Part shown: piece by piece, positions 10,310 through 20,499 of the stretch | How positions within the stretch are numbered: position 1 is the first letter of the stretch | Layout of the letters: each line of letters begins with the position of its first letter | Assembly: GCA_046735395.1 (NCBI GenBank) | Contig: JBJKQR010000042.1 | Span: forward strand, 1 to 57,512 | Source: Fidelibacterota bacterium | GTDB taxonomy: Bacteria > Fidelibacterota > Fidelibacteria > Fidelibacterales > DSDE01 | Reading direction: 5' to 3' | DNA length: 57,512 nt | Made by a program: the position numbers and the translations under genes | The notes under the pieces: model-generated | Told to the model about the DNA's origin: nothing | Databases searched by the model: none | Seen by the model: only the letters and a program-made list of their open reading frames with translations

Positions 10310-11641
10310 ATGCAAAAACCTGTAAGACAGCTCGGACTCGTAACGCTCCTCGCCCTGATCTTCGGAACCGTCGTCGGATCGGGTGTATTTATTAACATTT
10401 CTACGGTCCAGAACGCAGCCGGATCTCCTTATATGGCCGTTATGGCCTGGTTGATCGGCGGACTGATCTGGATCCCCCAGCTCTTTATTCTGGCCGAACT
10501 GGGAACAGCCTATCCTGATCAGGGCTTCGGCTACCTGTATCTCAAGGAAGCCGGCTATCCGGGCCTGTCCTTTCTGTATGTGTGGACGGTATTTCTGACT
10601 TCCGATACACCCAGTATCACGATTCTGGCTCTGGCAGCCTTTCAGGCTCTCGATATCTTTTTCCCCGTTCTCAGTGCAGGGCCGGCACCACGGATCGCAG
10701 CCGCGCTGCTGATCCTGGCTATGACCTTTATTCACATCCGAAGTGTAAAGCAGGGTGGACGCGTTCAGACAGCGCTTACCTTTCTCAAGCTTCTGCCCCT
10801 GTTTCTTCTCATCTTTGCCGCGCTGAAATTTCTGCCGGGGAATTTTCTCCCGGCTGCTTCCAGTCCGGTATCCGCCGGTCCGCAGGGCCCCTGGCTGCTT
10901 CTGCTTCTCGGCGGTATTTCCGCGACGGTCTGGAGTTATTCGGGCTTTCCGAATATTCTCTACATGGCCGGTGAAGTAAAAAAGCCCGAATCCCTGCTGC
11001 CGAAGGCTCTTCTGATCAGTGGAATTGTAGTGACCATCATATACAGCGGTGTGGCGCTTTCCAGTGCGACTCTGATCCCTCACGACGTTCTGATCAAGCA
11101 GGAGGGATTTGTGAATCCCTTCGCGTTCATGACCTGGTCAAAGAGCTTCGCAGCGCCCTTTCTGGCCATTGCCGCATTCATTTCCATGGTCGGAGCTGCA
11201 AACGCCTGTCTGATGGTTCAGCCGCGAATCGAGTACGCCATTGCGCGGGATGGCCTCTTTTTCAAATCCTTTGGCCGGCTCCATCCCCGTTTCGGAACTC
11301 CTCATTTCAGTATCGCGGTTCAGGCTGCGTTCGCTGCCTTTTTACTGCTTTTCAATATTGAAGATCTTCTGGCCTATTTCACGCTGTCCTATATCCTGCA
11401 GAATCTTCTCGTTTACGTGATCATTTTTAAACTGCGGAAGCAGGAGGGATACAAGCCTCTCTTCAAATCCCCGGCCGGATTTAGCATGGCGGTGCTCAGT
11501 GTTCTCTTTCAGGCAGCGCTTCTCGTAGGCAGTTTTGTTGCCTATCCAGTCGGCGGCCTGCTTGCAACGACCGTGCTCATCCTGAGCGGTATGCCGGTTT
11601 ATGTTTATTTCAGAAAACATATGCAAAACGACATAGCATAA
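10310..11641 (+). CDS. APC-family amino acid permease (FrlA-like)
   Basis: GTVVGSGVF, AELGTAYP, AGEVKKP, YAIARDGLFF..LHPRFGTP; many hydrophobic segments. Confidence 0.8.
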   Translation: MQKPVRQLGLVTLLALIFGTVVGSGVFINISTVQNAAGSPYMAVMAWLIGGLIWIPQLFILAELGTAYPDQGFGYLYLKEAGYPGLSFLYVWTVFLTSDTPSITILALAAFQALDIFFPVLSAGPAPRIAAALLILAMTFIHIRSVKQGGRVQTALTFLKLLPLFLLIFAALKFLPGNFLPAASSPVSAGPQGPWLLLLLGGISATVWSYSGFPNILYMAGEVKKPESLLPKALLISGIVVTIIYSGVALSSATLIPHDVLIKQEGFVNPFAFMTWSKSFAAPFLAIAAFISMVGAANACLMVQPRIEYAIARDGLFFKSFGRLHPRFGTPHFSIAVQAAFAAFLLLFNIEDLLAYFTLSYILQNLLVYVIIFKLRKQEGYKPLFKSPAGFSMAVLSVLFQAALLVGSFVAYPVGGLLATTVLILSGMPVYVYFRKHMQNDIA

Positions 11642-11887
11642 TTTCAGAATCAATCCCAAATCGTTTTTAAAATATTTTTCTATCATCGTTATAATTTCCT
11701 TTATAATTGAATTATTCCGCATTGAATCACGCAGTTGATATTCTCAGGATATTAGAAAATAAATTACGGGTATGATCATTCCAAAAGGGAAGATATACAT
11801 TTGTAACCCCTAAAATAACAACAAGGAACGAAATATATCTACTGGTTTACATAATACACATTATGCGCAATACGATTTCAGAGGAAA

Positions 11888-13171
11888 TTATATGAGTTTC
11901 AGCCTTTTCAGAATGCGGTCCGACGCGCCGCTGCGCGTTCTGACATAATCCAGCGTTTCCCGGGCAATCTGTTCATATCGATCCGGCTGATCCAATAGTT
12001 TATAAAAGTTCAGTAAATCATGTTTATTATTAATAACGAATGAAATATTTTGTTCAGCCAGTTCAATCGCCTCAGATAAAATTTCATAGCGCGGGCCATA
12101 GGCCACGGGGATTCCATAAACTGCCGGTTCGATGACATTATGGACGCCGGTTGAAAAACCTGCTCCCACATAAGCTAAATCTCCCTCACCATAGAGATCG
12201 GCCAGCTGTCCCACCCGATCCCAAATCAGGATATCCGCCTTTTTTTCTTCTTTCAGAGTGCTTATCCGCTGAACGGAATAGATGGAATGCTTAAATAATG
12301 CTTCCCAGCGCTCAAGTGTTTCTGTATCCACTTCATGAGGAACCAATACATGAAGCAGCGAGGAATCCGCCTGCAGAGATTCGAGAACGGCCGGACTTAC
12401 AATCGACTGATCACTGTCCACCAGCGAACCGTAAATACAGACTTTTGACTTTTTTGCCTGATCGGGCAATATATTGCCTGTATTGCGGTTCTTCCGTTCC
12501 ACCACCTGATCAAAACGTGTATCGCCACTGACTATGATCTCTCCGTCATACACTAGTTCAATTAGCTTCCTGTTATAATCCGTAGACGTAAACAGAATAT
12601 CAATCATTCCGAACAAGGAACGGTTAAAGCTTCTAAAGGGAACTCTGAGGCGACGGCTGCCGGCGTACATGTTCGTATTCACCTGGATGACCGGCACCGC
12701 TTCCCTCTTCAGGCTCCGAAGCAGATTGAACCATAAATCGTGCCGCGTATTCAGATACAGAGTCGGTCTGATCGTCTTTACGAAATTGCGCGTACGAACC
12801 GGGAAATCCCAGGGATTGTAGAAAATCACCGTAAAGCGTGGGTCATTCCTGACTTTATCCATGATCGTCTTACTTGAAACAGACAGGATAAGTGCGTATT
12901 TATCAGTGACAAACAGACGTTCGGCTAAAGGTCTGATCTGTTCAAATTCCCCTGCTGAGGCTGCATGCATCCAGATGACAGCTTTCCCGCTTTTTCGGCA
13001 GGCCTCGGCAATATCCAATGGATTTTTCTGCTCTCTTCCGGACTCACGCAACTTGGGATCTATGACGGAAAACAGATAAATAAAGGGTGCAGCCAGAAAA
13101 AGAAGGATATTATAGAGAATGAAGAACATGAAATTCTGCGTGTCCGATTTCTGTTCGTGAGGAACGGACAT
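11888..13171 (-). CDS. waaA: Kdo transferase (GT30)
   Basis: IWMHAASAGE, PWDF, GDTRFD, VPHE, GQLADLY..AYVGAGF..HNVIEPA..GP; start uncertain (13171 or 13129). Confidence 0.85.
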   Translation of the reverse strand: MSVPHEQKSDTQNFMFFILYNILLFLAAPFIYLFSVIDPKLRESGREQKNPLDIAEACRKSGKAVIWMHAASAGEFEQIRPLAERLFVTDKYALILSVSSKTIMDKVRNDPRFTVIFYNPWDFPVRTRNFVKTIRPTLYLNTRHDLWFNLLRSLKREAVPVIQVNTNMYAGSRRLRVPFRSFNRSLFGMIDILFTSTDYNRKLIELVYDGEIIVSGDTRFDQVVERKNRNTGNILPDQAKKSKVCIYGSLVDSDQSIVSPAVLESLQADSSLLHVLVPHEVDTETLERWEALFKHSIYSVQRISTLKEEKKADILIWDRVGQLADLYGEGDLAYVGAGFSTGVHNVIEPAVYGIPVAYGPRYEILSEAIELAEQNISFVINNKHDLLNFYKLLDQPDRYEQIARETLDYVRTRSGASDRILKRLKLI

Positions 13172-13175
13172 AAAC

Positions 13176-13691
13176 TTATTTGTCCGGACCGTCACAATAT
13201 CGAAGAATCACTTCGGCAAATTCCCGGAAGGCGCCTTCCCCGCCCTGTCTCTCGGTAACCATATCCGGATTGAGAACGGAAATGACAGGCGAATTTGGAG
13301 GAGATGCCGTAAATCCGGCCAGAGACATGCAGGCGATATCATTCACATCGTCGCCGATATAGGCGATATTGTCAGGCTGAAGCTGATATTTGGCCATAAG
13401 CTGTTCCAGAACAGGCAGTTTATCCCTGATTCCCACGAACACATCCTCAATGCGGAGTTTCTTTGCCCGCTGCCGGACGATCTCACTGTCCTCACCGGTA
13501 ATGATGGCGGTAGGAATCCCCTTTTCCCGAAGGCGCTGCACACCGTAGCCGTCATAGGTTGAAAATGCCTTCATAAAGTCACCGTCGGCGGTGTAGTACA
13601 TTTTTGCATCAGTCCAGACACCATCGATATCCGTAACGACCAGACGAATCTTTGACGCTTTCCTGCGGGTCTGCTCTATCCGGGTCACCAT
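13176..13691 (-). CDS. KdsC/YrbI-family HAD phosphatase, Kdn-9-phosphate phosphatase type
   Basis: TDIDGVWTD, IITGE..IVRQRAKKL, YIGDDVND, GGEGAFREF. Confidence 0.8.
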   Translation of the reverse strand: MVTRIEQTRRKASKIRLVVTDIDGVWTDAKMYYTADGDFMKAFSTYDGYGVQRLREKGIPTAIITGEDSEIVRQRAKKLRIEDVFVGIRDKLPVLEQLMAKYQLQPDNIAYIGDDVNDIACMSLAGFTASPPNSPVISVLNPDMVTERQGGEGAFREFAEVILRYCDGPDK

Positions 13692-14734
13692 TCCACAGCC
13701 CCTTCGGGAATAATCATGTCAGCGGCAAGATCCGTATTCAGCCGTTTCCCGATAAGCTCATTCAGCCGCATGGGAGAAATTCCCGTTCCCGGGCCCTTGG
13801 TTGTGAGCATTTCCCGGGTCAGCGGTGTTCCGGACGGGATGGCGACAGCGGTAACGATGCTTTTTGCCAATTTTTTAAATACTGCATTTTCAGATTCCTG
13901 CACGGTCTTAATCCCGTTTCCGAGCGCCGCTTCGATATGACGGATATCCCTCACCATTTTCGCGAAACCACCCGGCTCGAGGGATGCGGCGTGGTCACCG
14001 CCCTTCATGGTACGGTCAAGAGTAAAATGGCGTTCAATGATTTTCGCTCCCAGAACAACAGCGGCTTCCGTAATGGCGATCCCCAGCTCATGGCCGCTGT
14101 AACCGATTACAGCGTCTGGAAAGGCCTCTCTGTACGTTGTGAGGACATTCAGATTGATTTCCGAAAACTGAGACGGATAGGTTGAAGTGCACTGGAGAAT
14201 GGCCAACTGCGGGTTGACACTGAGTACCGTCTTCACCGCTTCCTTCACCATATTCATGTCAGCCATGCCGGTGCTGAGCACCATAGGCTTATTTTTTCGG
14301 GCTGTATGCAGCAGCAGAGGGAAATTCGTCAGATCGGCCGAGGCCATCTTGAAATAGTTCACTCCCAGCTCATCCAGAAAATCAATGCTGTCCTCATCCC
14401 AGCCGCTGGCGATAAAATCCAGGTTCTGAGCTTCGGCATAGGCTGCCAGGTCCTGATAATCATTTTCACTCAACTCAAGAGCGGCTTTATGTTCACCGTA
14501 GGTTTTTCCGAAACTGTTGGGATTGTCATAGGGCTTGTCAAGTCCTTCACGGGTCAGAATCCGGTCAATTTTCCGTTTCTGAAATTTTACGGCATCTGCG
14601 CCGCTTCGAGCCGCTTCATCGATGCACTTACGGGCAATCTGTACATCGCCCTGATGATTGATTCCAATTTCAGCGATGACATATACAGGTTCATTGTCAC
14701 CTGCATCGCGTCGTCCTAGTCTGATTCTGGGCAT
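13685..14734 (-). CDS. neuB: N-acylneuraminate/nonulosonate(-9-phosphate) synthase with SAF domain
   Basis: IAEIGINHQG, DAVKFQ, LSTGM, QCTSTYP, GYSGHE, IERHFTLD, GGDH; C-terminal KGPGTGISP. Confidence 0.9.
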   Translation of the reverse strand: MPRIRLGRRDAGDNEPVYVIAEIGINHQGDVQIARKCIDEAARSGADAVKFQKRKIDRILTREGLDKPYDNPNSFGKTYGEHKAALELSENDYQDLAAYAEAQNLDFIASGWDEDSIDFLDELGVNYFKMASADLTNFPLLLHTARKNKPMVLSTGMADMNMVKEAVKTVLSVNPQLAILQCTSTYPSQFSEINLNVLTTYREAFPDAVIGYSGHELGIAITEAAVVLGAKIIERHFTLDRTMKGGDHAASLEPGGFAKMVRDIRHIEAALGNGIKTVQESENAVFKKLAKSIVTAVAIPSGTPLTREMLTTKGPGTGISPMRLNELIGKRLNTDLAADMIIPEGAVEW

Positions 14735-14805
14735 TGATACTCCCTGTCTTTTTAATAATTTACAAAAATAAAACGATGATTCACCAGCCCTATCCCTTTA
14801 TTCAT

Positions 14806-15489
14806 TCATCGTTCCTTCTTCATCAGGGATTCGAGAAAGAGAAAGTCGGAAACGGAATCGATTTCATAGGCGAATTCCTCATCAAAAATATAATAGCCGA
14901 TCCGGCCTCCGAGGCGATTGCCCAGCTGACGGAAATGATCGGTGCTGAAGCAATACAGCGATCCATTCTCCACATAACGGATATCCTCAGAGCTCATATC
15001 CTGTCGACGGGGACGATGGAGATAATCATACTGAGCTTCCGCTCTGTCCCCTTTCAGAGACCAGAAAAAGCGGTGTGTGGGAGAAAGTGTCAGCAGGGAG
15101 TCATAGCCGCCTGTCTGGAAGTGCTTCAGGATCAGATCCAGGCTTCCTGCGGGACGATAGGGCGACGTGGCCTGCAGCAGGACAAGAATGTCAGGAGCCT
15201 CCTTCCGATCATCCAAAACGTCCAGGGCATGTTTGACTGCAGATTCAGTGGTCGCGGTGTCGCCGGAGAGCTCCGCAGGCCTCTGCAGAATCTCTGCACC
15301 GGCAGAGCGGGCGATGGCGGCGATGTCATCGCTGTCAGTGGAAACCCATACCTTGCGGACAGCATCGGAACTTAGGGCATAGTCGATACTGTGAACAATC
15401 AGGGGTTTGCCGGCGATCTCACGGATATTCTTTCCGGGAACACCCTTCGAACCGCCCCTGGCGGGAATGAATACATCTATTTTTTTCAT
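14806..15489 (-). CDS. neuA: Acylneuraminate cytidylyltransferase
   Basis: IPARGGSKGVPGKN, VSTD, RPAELSGD, LQATSP, RPRRQD, ENGSLY, EID. Confidence 0.9.
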   Translation of the reverse strand: MKKIDVFIPARGGSKGVPGKNIREIAGKPLIVHSIDYALSSDAVRKVWVSTDSDDIAAIARSAGAEILQRPAELSGDTATTESAVKHALDVLDDRKEAPDILVLLQATSPYRPAGSLDLILKHFQTGGYDSLLTLSPTHRFFWSLKGDRAEAQYDYLHRPRRQDMSSEDIRYVENGSLYCFSTDHFRQLGNRLGGRIGYYIFDEEFAYEIDSVSDFLFLESLMKKER

Positions 15490-16319
15490 GAAATTCCCTT
15501 CTGTATATGGGCGGCCGCAATTTTACGGTGGATGCCGCGTGTGCTGTAATCATCGGCCCAGGTATCCACGGAGGAGCCGATATCAATTGCAATTCCTCCC
15601 ATTTCCCGGATTTTGTTCGCAAAGATGAGGGAATACATGCCTGCGGCCAGCAGCCAGATGTCCACATTCCTGGCATTTTCAGTCAATCCGCGGCAAATGG
15701 CATCAAAGCGTTTTCGGGTCATGAAGTGAAAGCGGGCGCGGCGCCTGGGCAGGTCATATCGGACTGCAAGCTGACTGTCCAGTCCGTTCAGAAAGGCCTG
15801 GGGGTCCCGATGGGACACCAGACCGATGCGTTTATGTCTCAATACATTTTCCCAGGCCTCGCTGCGGAGTTTTGCCTGCCCCGGTTCCTTGATGAGTTCC
15901 AGGTGGAAATTCATATCACAGAATTGTGCCTTATTCATATCCAGCAGGAAAAAATTCAGAAGATTCTCTTCGATGGACCAGAATCCGTGACGAACTTCCG
16001 GTTTGCTGATACCGAGATAATCACAGCTGTTCAGGGCTTTGACCAGTTCACTCCGCAGGTAGAGCTGAAAAGCCTGATCCCAGGGCAGAATATTGAAATG
16101 TTTCAGCTTTTTGCGATAACGTTTACGCGGAATCTGTGGAAATACACCATAGCTGATAAAAATATTCTCCCCGTCTCCTTTGCGCACGATGGAGAGTGGC
16201 CTTTTATCCCGCCAAGCCTGGTCGATGTCCCGTATCAGAACAGCGCTGTCAATGATTTCTATCTCTGTCGTTTCCGTAATAGCCTCGCAATCAGCGGATG
16301 TTTGTATTCGAATTTCCAT
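15486..16319 (-). CDS. Putative GT-D-fold glycosyltransferase
   Basis: LSIVRKGDGE and AIDIGS motifs resemble GT-D (DUF1792-like); inside glycan operon. Confidence 0.55.
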   Translation of the reverse strand: MEIRIQTSADCEAITETTEIEIIDSAVLIRDIDQAWRDKRPLSIVRKGDGENIFISYGVFPQIPRKRYRKKLKHFNILPWDQAFQLYLRSELVKALNSCDYLGISKPEVRHGFWSIEENLLNFFLLDMNKAQFCDMNFHLELIKEPGQAKLRSEAWENVLRHKRIGLVSHRDPQAFLNGLDSQLAVRYDLPRRRARFHFMTRKRFDAICRGLTENARNVDIWLLAAGMYSLIFANKIREMGGIAIDIGSSVDTWADDYSTRGIHRKIAAAHIQKGIS

Positions 16320-16975
16320 TTTGTCTTGAACTGCCGGCTGTTCTTCTTGAAATGCTGGCGCCAGTCCGGAAGCGCTTTGCTGCTGGTCACTTTCCCTTCA
16401 TGAAGGATCAGGACTCGTTCATCCACATAAATTTCCCGCCCGGCCTTCCAGACAGAGAAGCAAAGGTCCGCATCCTCACCGCTGGCCACCAGATAATCCT
16501 CATTCCAGCCGCCCAGGCTGTTCATGAAATCCCTCTGCATCATAAATGCCACACCGGATGGATAATTTCCATAAGCCGGAATGCGCCTGATTTTCGTTCC
16601 CGGCAGGGCGCGGCGGGCGCTTTTTCGTCCGCTTGTGTAAGCAGGCGTCACGATCCCGGCATCCGGACGCGACCTAAATACTTCCTGCAGGCTGTGATCC
16701 CAGCCTGCAGGGAATTCCGTATCATTATTGGCAAACAGGACCAGATCACCCTCCGCCAATGCCAGACCGGCATTGAATCCGGCGGAAAAGCCCTGATTTT
16801 CCGGGAAGATGCGGACTTTGTCTCCGGCTTCGTTTACCCAGGCCTGCGTTTCCGCGTCAGAGCCATTGTCAATAATGATCAGCTCATAGGCTTCCTGCGT
16901 ATTTGTTCGAATGCTGTCCACGAATTTTTTCGTATAATCCAGCGCATTGAATGAAAGTGTAATAACTGAAATCAT
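16259..16975 (-). CDS. Glycosyltransferase family 2
   Basis: ISVITLSFN, IIIDNGS, NQGF..N.G, NND, EDADL; ATG 16975 forms an ATGA overlap with the upstream stop. Confidence 0.88.
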   Translation of the reverse strand: MISVITLSFNALDYTKKFVDSIRTNTQEAYELIIIDNGSDAETQAWVNEAGDKVRIFPENQGFSAGFNAGLALAEGDLVLFANNDTEFPAGWDHSLQEVFRSRPDAGIVTPAYTSGRKSARRALPGTKIRRIPAYGNYPSGVAFMMQRDFMNSLGGWNEDYLVASGEDADLCFSVWKAGREIYVDERVLILHEGKVTSSKALPDWRQHFKKNSRQFKTKWKFEYKHPLIARLLRKRQR

Positions 16976-17925
16976 CGGCCTGTCATCTCCATACACGTCC
17001 TGTAGACCCGTTCCGTATTTCCACCGTCCCGCCTGTAGGCCAGACGGTCAAAGGCATTGTCATACAGCGACTTATCTATTTTCATATCAAGTAATTTCCG
17101 GATATTTGCAGTCTGTCTCAACAGCGAAAAACGGGGCATGGGGAACTCATGATAGAGTTTCAGAAGGCCTTTGGTGAATTTCCCCATCAAAACAGGATAA
17201 TAACTGAAGAAAGGTTTATAAAAGAAATAGATTGGTATGAGGACGGAGGTCGGGGAGGTCAGGACCACATCCGCGGCCGCAACTTCCTCAAAGAGATTTT
17301 CATTTTCAATGACCGATATTCCAAGAGATTTACAGCGGCTGAGCAGGGAAAACTCAGAACGGTATTCACTGGGGTGCGGTTTATAAACGAGATCGTATCC
17401 CTGCCGGTCACATTCTTCTGCGGCGCTTTCAAAAATCCGATGCATTTTTCCGGCGATCTTCCAGGTGCCCAGAAACAGAATTCGCGGACGGCTTCCCTCC
17501 CGTTTTTTCACCGCTTTACACTCAGGCAGTTCATCAAAACGGGGATATCCGGTGACTTTCAGTTTGTCCGCCGAGCAGCCATAGGATTCCATCATTTCCA
17601 GATTATGGGGCCCCCAGAGAAGTTTCAGATCAGCTGCGCCGATCTGACGGCGATAATACTGATAATGGCTCTGATAAAAGAGCGGTGCTCCATGTTCCAG
17701 CACGATGACCGGTATAGTCCGCTTCATAGCCTCTTCGCCATACTGCTTTTCCGCGTCCCACCAGCTCTGATTGGTTATGACCAGATCGGGACGGACTTCA
17801 TCCAGAAAGCCTTCCGAATAGGAATCCGTTTCTGTAACAAGGTGCCCTTCATTCCGGAAATAATCCCGAAGCCGGCGAAGATTTTCCTTATAAATGGGCT
17901 GAGATGCGGGAAAGAGAATATTAAT
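16972..17925 (-). CDS. GT-B-fold transferase (CDP-glycerol-transferase/sialyltransferase-like), probable ATT start
   Basis: EHG, TGYPRFD, YKPHPSE motifs; frame open 66 codons upstream of the listed ATG (17727) to (I/M)NILFPAS, preceded by AGGAGG. Confidence 0.65.
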   Translation of the reverse strand: MNILFPASQPIYKENLRRLRDYFRNEGHLVTETDSYSEGFLDEVRPDLVITNQSWWDAEKQYGEEAMKRTIPVIVLEHGAPLFYQSHYQYYRRQIGAADLKLLWGPHNLEMMESYGCSADKLKVTGYPRFDELPECKAVKKREGSRPRILFLGTWKIAGKMHRIFESAAEECDRQGYDLVYKPHPSEYRSEFSLLSRCKSLGISVIENENLFEEVAAADVVLTSPTSVLIPIYFFYKPFFSYYPVLMGKFTKGLLKLYHEFPMPRFSLLRQTANIRKLLDMKIDKSLYDNAFDRLAYRRDGGNTERVYRTCMEMTGR

Positions 17926-18532
17926 AGTGTTTCCTCCTTCCCCAGCTGTGCTGCAGGTCGGACTGCACCTCTCCGGCTATCACATCCGAAAACACCGGAT
18001 CATATTGGGCTGCCACCTTTCGGATAAACATGAAATCGCCGCCACCCCGCTGCGGCCAGTGGATAATTTTCGGGATATGGCTCTGAACCGCAATGCAGCT
18101 GCCGCCGATACGGCCCCGGACGATTTCCTCCCCGATGATTCGACGGTTGTGCGCAGGACCCAGACGAAAACGGCCGATGAGCAGGGGAACATCGTTTTCC
18201 CTGATTGTCCGTATCCAGGAAGGGTGTGACATCCGGTCATCATCATCCAGGTAATAAATGAAATGTCCGTCGGGAACCGACAGCGCGGCCTGATTGAAAT
18301 AATCATTATAGGGATTGTGGTGCCGGATCCACCATCGCGGTCTACGGACGTGGGGACGGAAAATCATGTCGACTTCCGGATTGTCGAGAACATAGCGATC
18401 ACCCGGATCATCACTGATTACCATAATGCGGGCCCGTTCATCCTGTTGTCTCACCGATTCCACACAGCGTGCAAATTCCTCAGGACGATGATGTGTCCGG
18501 ATCAGGACATAGACTTCCTTCTGACTTGTCAT
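17921..18532 (-). CDS. GT-A/GT2-like glycosyltransferase
   Basis: VLIRTHHR, VISDD, YLDDDD, GGDF. Confidence 0.75.
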   Translation of the reverse strand: MTSQKEVYVLIRTHHRPEEFARCVESVRQQDERARIMVISDDPGDRYVLDNPEVDMIFRPHVRRPRWWIRHHNPYNDYFNQAALSVPDGHFIYYLDDDDRMSHPSWIRTIRENDVPLLIGRFRLGPAHNRRIIGEEIVRGRIGGSCIAVQSHIPKIIHWPQRGGGDFMFIRKVAAQYDPVFSDVIAGEVQSDLQHSWGRRKHY

Positions 18533-20499
18533 TGCAGTGTTCCCGCCTCGTTGCTTCGTGAATTCAATAAAAAACGCCGGCTTCGCGCCAGTTCGTATAT
18601 TTCGCGGGCCAGGGGATAATATTCCCGGGCCGGATCTGACTCATCGTTCAGCAGGCCGTGAGTCTTTTCATCGATGGCCAGCACCCCGTCTCCCGTAAAC
18701 AGGCCATAACGCCGCAGCGCCGAACTGTAATAGAAAGCATAGTGCAGCCGGGATTTCCGGTCATACAGATCATTTGCCAGGCCTATAGATTTGAAATAAT
18801 AGCCCATTCGGTTCATCACCGACGGCAGAATGTCATTTTCCGAGCAGTAATCATGGATTACGCCGGGAAAAAATCCGGGCCCGATGACGGCCAGGGGAAC
18901 ATGATACAGATCCTGGTCAATCGCATAGGGCTGAGATTTTCCCTGACAGCTGTGATTTGTCGAACCATGGTCACCGAGAATAACGATGGTGGTCTGCCTG
19001 CCCCAGCGGGCATGCTGAACCTCGTCAAAGAACCAGCCCAGAGAAAAATCCATGAAACGGAAGGTGTTCAGTTCCGCTTCACCGCTGAACCCGTTTTCAG
19101 CCCATTCATCATTGAAATGAACCCTGTTGAAACCGGGAATACTGTCCGTGGGCAGGGTATGCGGACTGTGGTTGCTGCCCGTCAGGATAAGCGAAATAAA
19201 AGGCGCTTTGCAGCTGTCGAGGGTATTGAAGGATTCGCGGAAGAGATCATAATCGGAGATACCCCAGGCATTTACCGGCTTAGCCAAGTAATCACCTTCC
19301 TGAAAAATGTGAATTCCGGGTACATTATTGCTTAAAAAACCATTCAGCTCGCCCCAGTTTGCCGATCCGCCGACGAAAAAGTATTTTTCCACATTATCAA
19401 TGTCGGCAAAGGGAATGTGCTGATGAATCAGCCGGGGATTCCGCGTGGAGGATTTATTGCTGATGGCCAGATCGGGCAGACTGGTGAGAAGAGAAAAGAT
19501 GGAGGCGGCTGTACTGACCTTCGGTACATAATGATTCAGATACAATTCTCCCTTCCGGCTGATCCGGTCAAATTCGGGTGTGGGATTCATGGGATTTCCG
19601 GCAATTCCCACCTTATAGCTGGGAAAGGTTTCCAGAATGATCACAATCAGATTGCGGGGCCTCAGATTCTCAAGCTCCGAGTCTCCGTAAATCCGGTATC
19701 CGGACGTATCACTGACACCGGTAAGTACGCCGAATGCCTGCGAGGGGCCGGTCCCGATCTCTTTCAGCGCGTTGGTATCAAATCCTTCATCGCGCCAGTT
19801 CATGGTAAAAATAAAATTGTTGAGAGGATTGACGGTGAGCTGATTTACGCGCGGATCCTGCGAAAAATAGGCATTGCTCCACTGCAGGGCGTAGGTTGAA
19901 ACGCGTCCGTAAATCAGTGCCGGCAGCATCAGGCCGAAAAGAATGTACTGAACCAACGTCATCCGCGTCATCTTCTGCGGTTCATTCGCAGCTCTCAGCC
20001 AGTTGAAAAGTCTTTTCAAAATATAATTGTAACAAAAGATGAGGATGCCGGCCAGTATGACCAGCCAGGGAATATTGTAACTCTGCCAGGTCATGGCCAG
20101 AGATATCCTGCTGTCACGGATCAGACCCAGAATGGATGCGTCCAGCCGCGAACCCAGGTAATCGTAATATTTGAAATCGATAAAATAAATGATCGTCAGA
20201 ATCGCGGACAGGGTAAGGACGCTGTATTTCTGAATCGCCCGCATATGGATTCTGGCCTGAGGGAAGAGGCGAATCAGAAAGTAAAGAAGATACAGGATCA
20301 GGATGATGAGAGCCGCGAACTGCAGGTCGAAACGAAATCCGGTCTTGAATGCCTGCCGGATATCCACGGACAGAGATCCTGAAAATTCCCGGAAATGGCT
20401 AAACAGAAATCCCAGCCGGAATGCACTCTGCAGCAGCGTGAGCCAGCCGAGTGAAAGCAGAAAACCTTCTATATCCGGATTCAGCCCTTTTCTATCCAT
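18529..20499 (-). CDS. LTA synthase/sulfatase-family membrane phospho-transferase
   Basis: N-terminal TM bundle; NLIVIILE, SNHSPH, ILGDHG, YHVPL, DILP. Confidence 0.85.
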   Translation of the reverse strand: MDRKGLNPDIEGFLLSLGWLTLLQSAFRLGFLFSHFREFSGSLSVDIRQAFKTGFRFDLQFAALIILILYLLYFLIRLFPQARIHMRAIQKYSVLTLSAILTIIYFIDFKYYDYLGSRLDASILGLIRDSRISLAMTWQSYNIPWLVILAGILIFCYNYILKRLFNWLRAANEPQKMTRMTLVQYILFGLMLPALIYGRVSTYALQWSNAYFSQDPRVNQLTVNPLNNFIFTMNWRDEGFDTNALKEIGTGPSQAFGVLTGVSDTSGYRIYGDSELENLRPRNLIVIILETFPSYKVGIAGNPMNPTPEFDRISRKGELYLNHYVPKVSTAASIFSLLTSLPDLAISNKSSTRNPRLIHQHIPFADIDNVEKYFFVGGSANWGELNGFLSNNVPGIHIFQEGDYLAKPVNAWGISDYDLFRESFNTLDSCKAPFISLILTGSNHSPHTLPTDSIPGFNRVHFNDEWAENGFSGEAELNTFRFMDFSLGWFFDEVQHARWGRQTTIVILGDHGSTNHSCQGKSQPYAIDQDLYHVPLAVIGPGFFPGVIHDYCSENDILPSVMNRMGYYFKSIGLANDLYDRKSRLHYAFYYSSALRRYGLFTGDGVLAIDEKTHGLLNDESDPAREYYPLAREIYELARSRRFLLNSRSNEAGTLQ

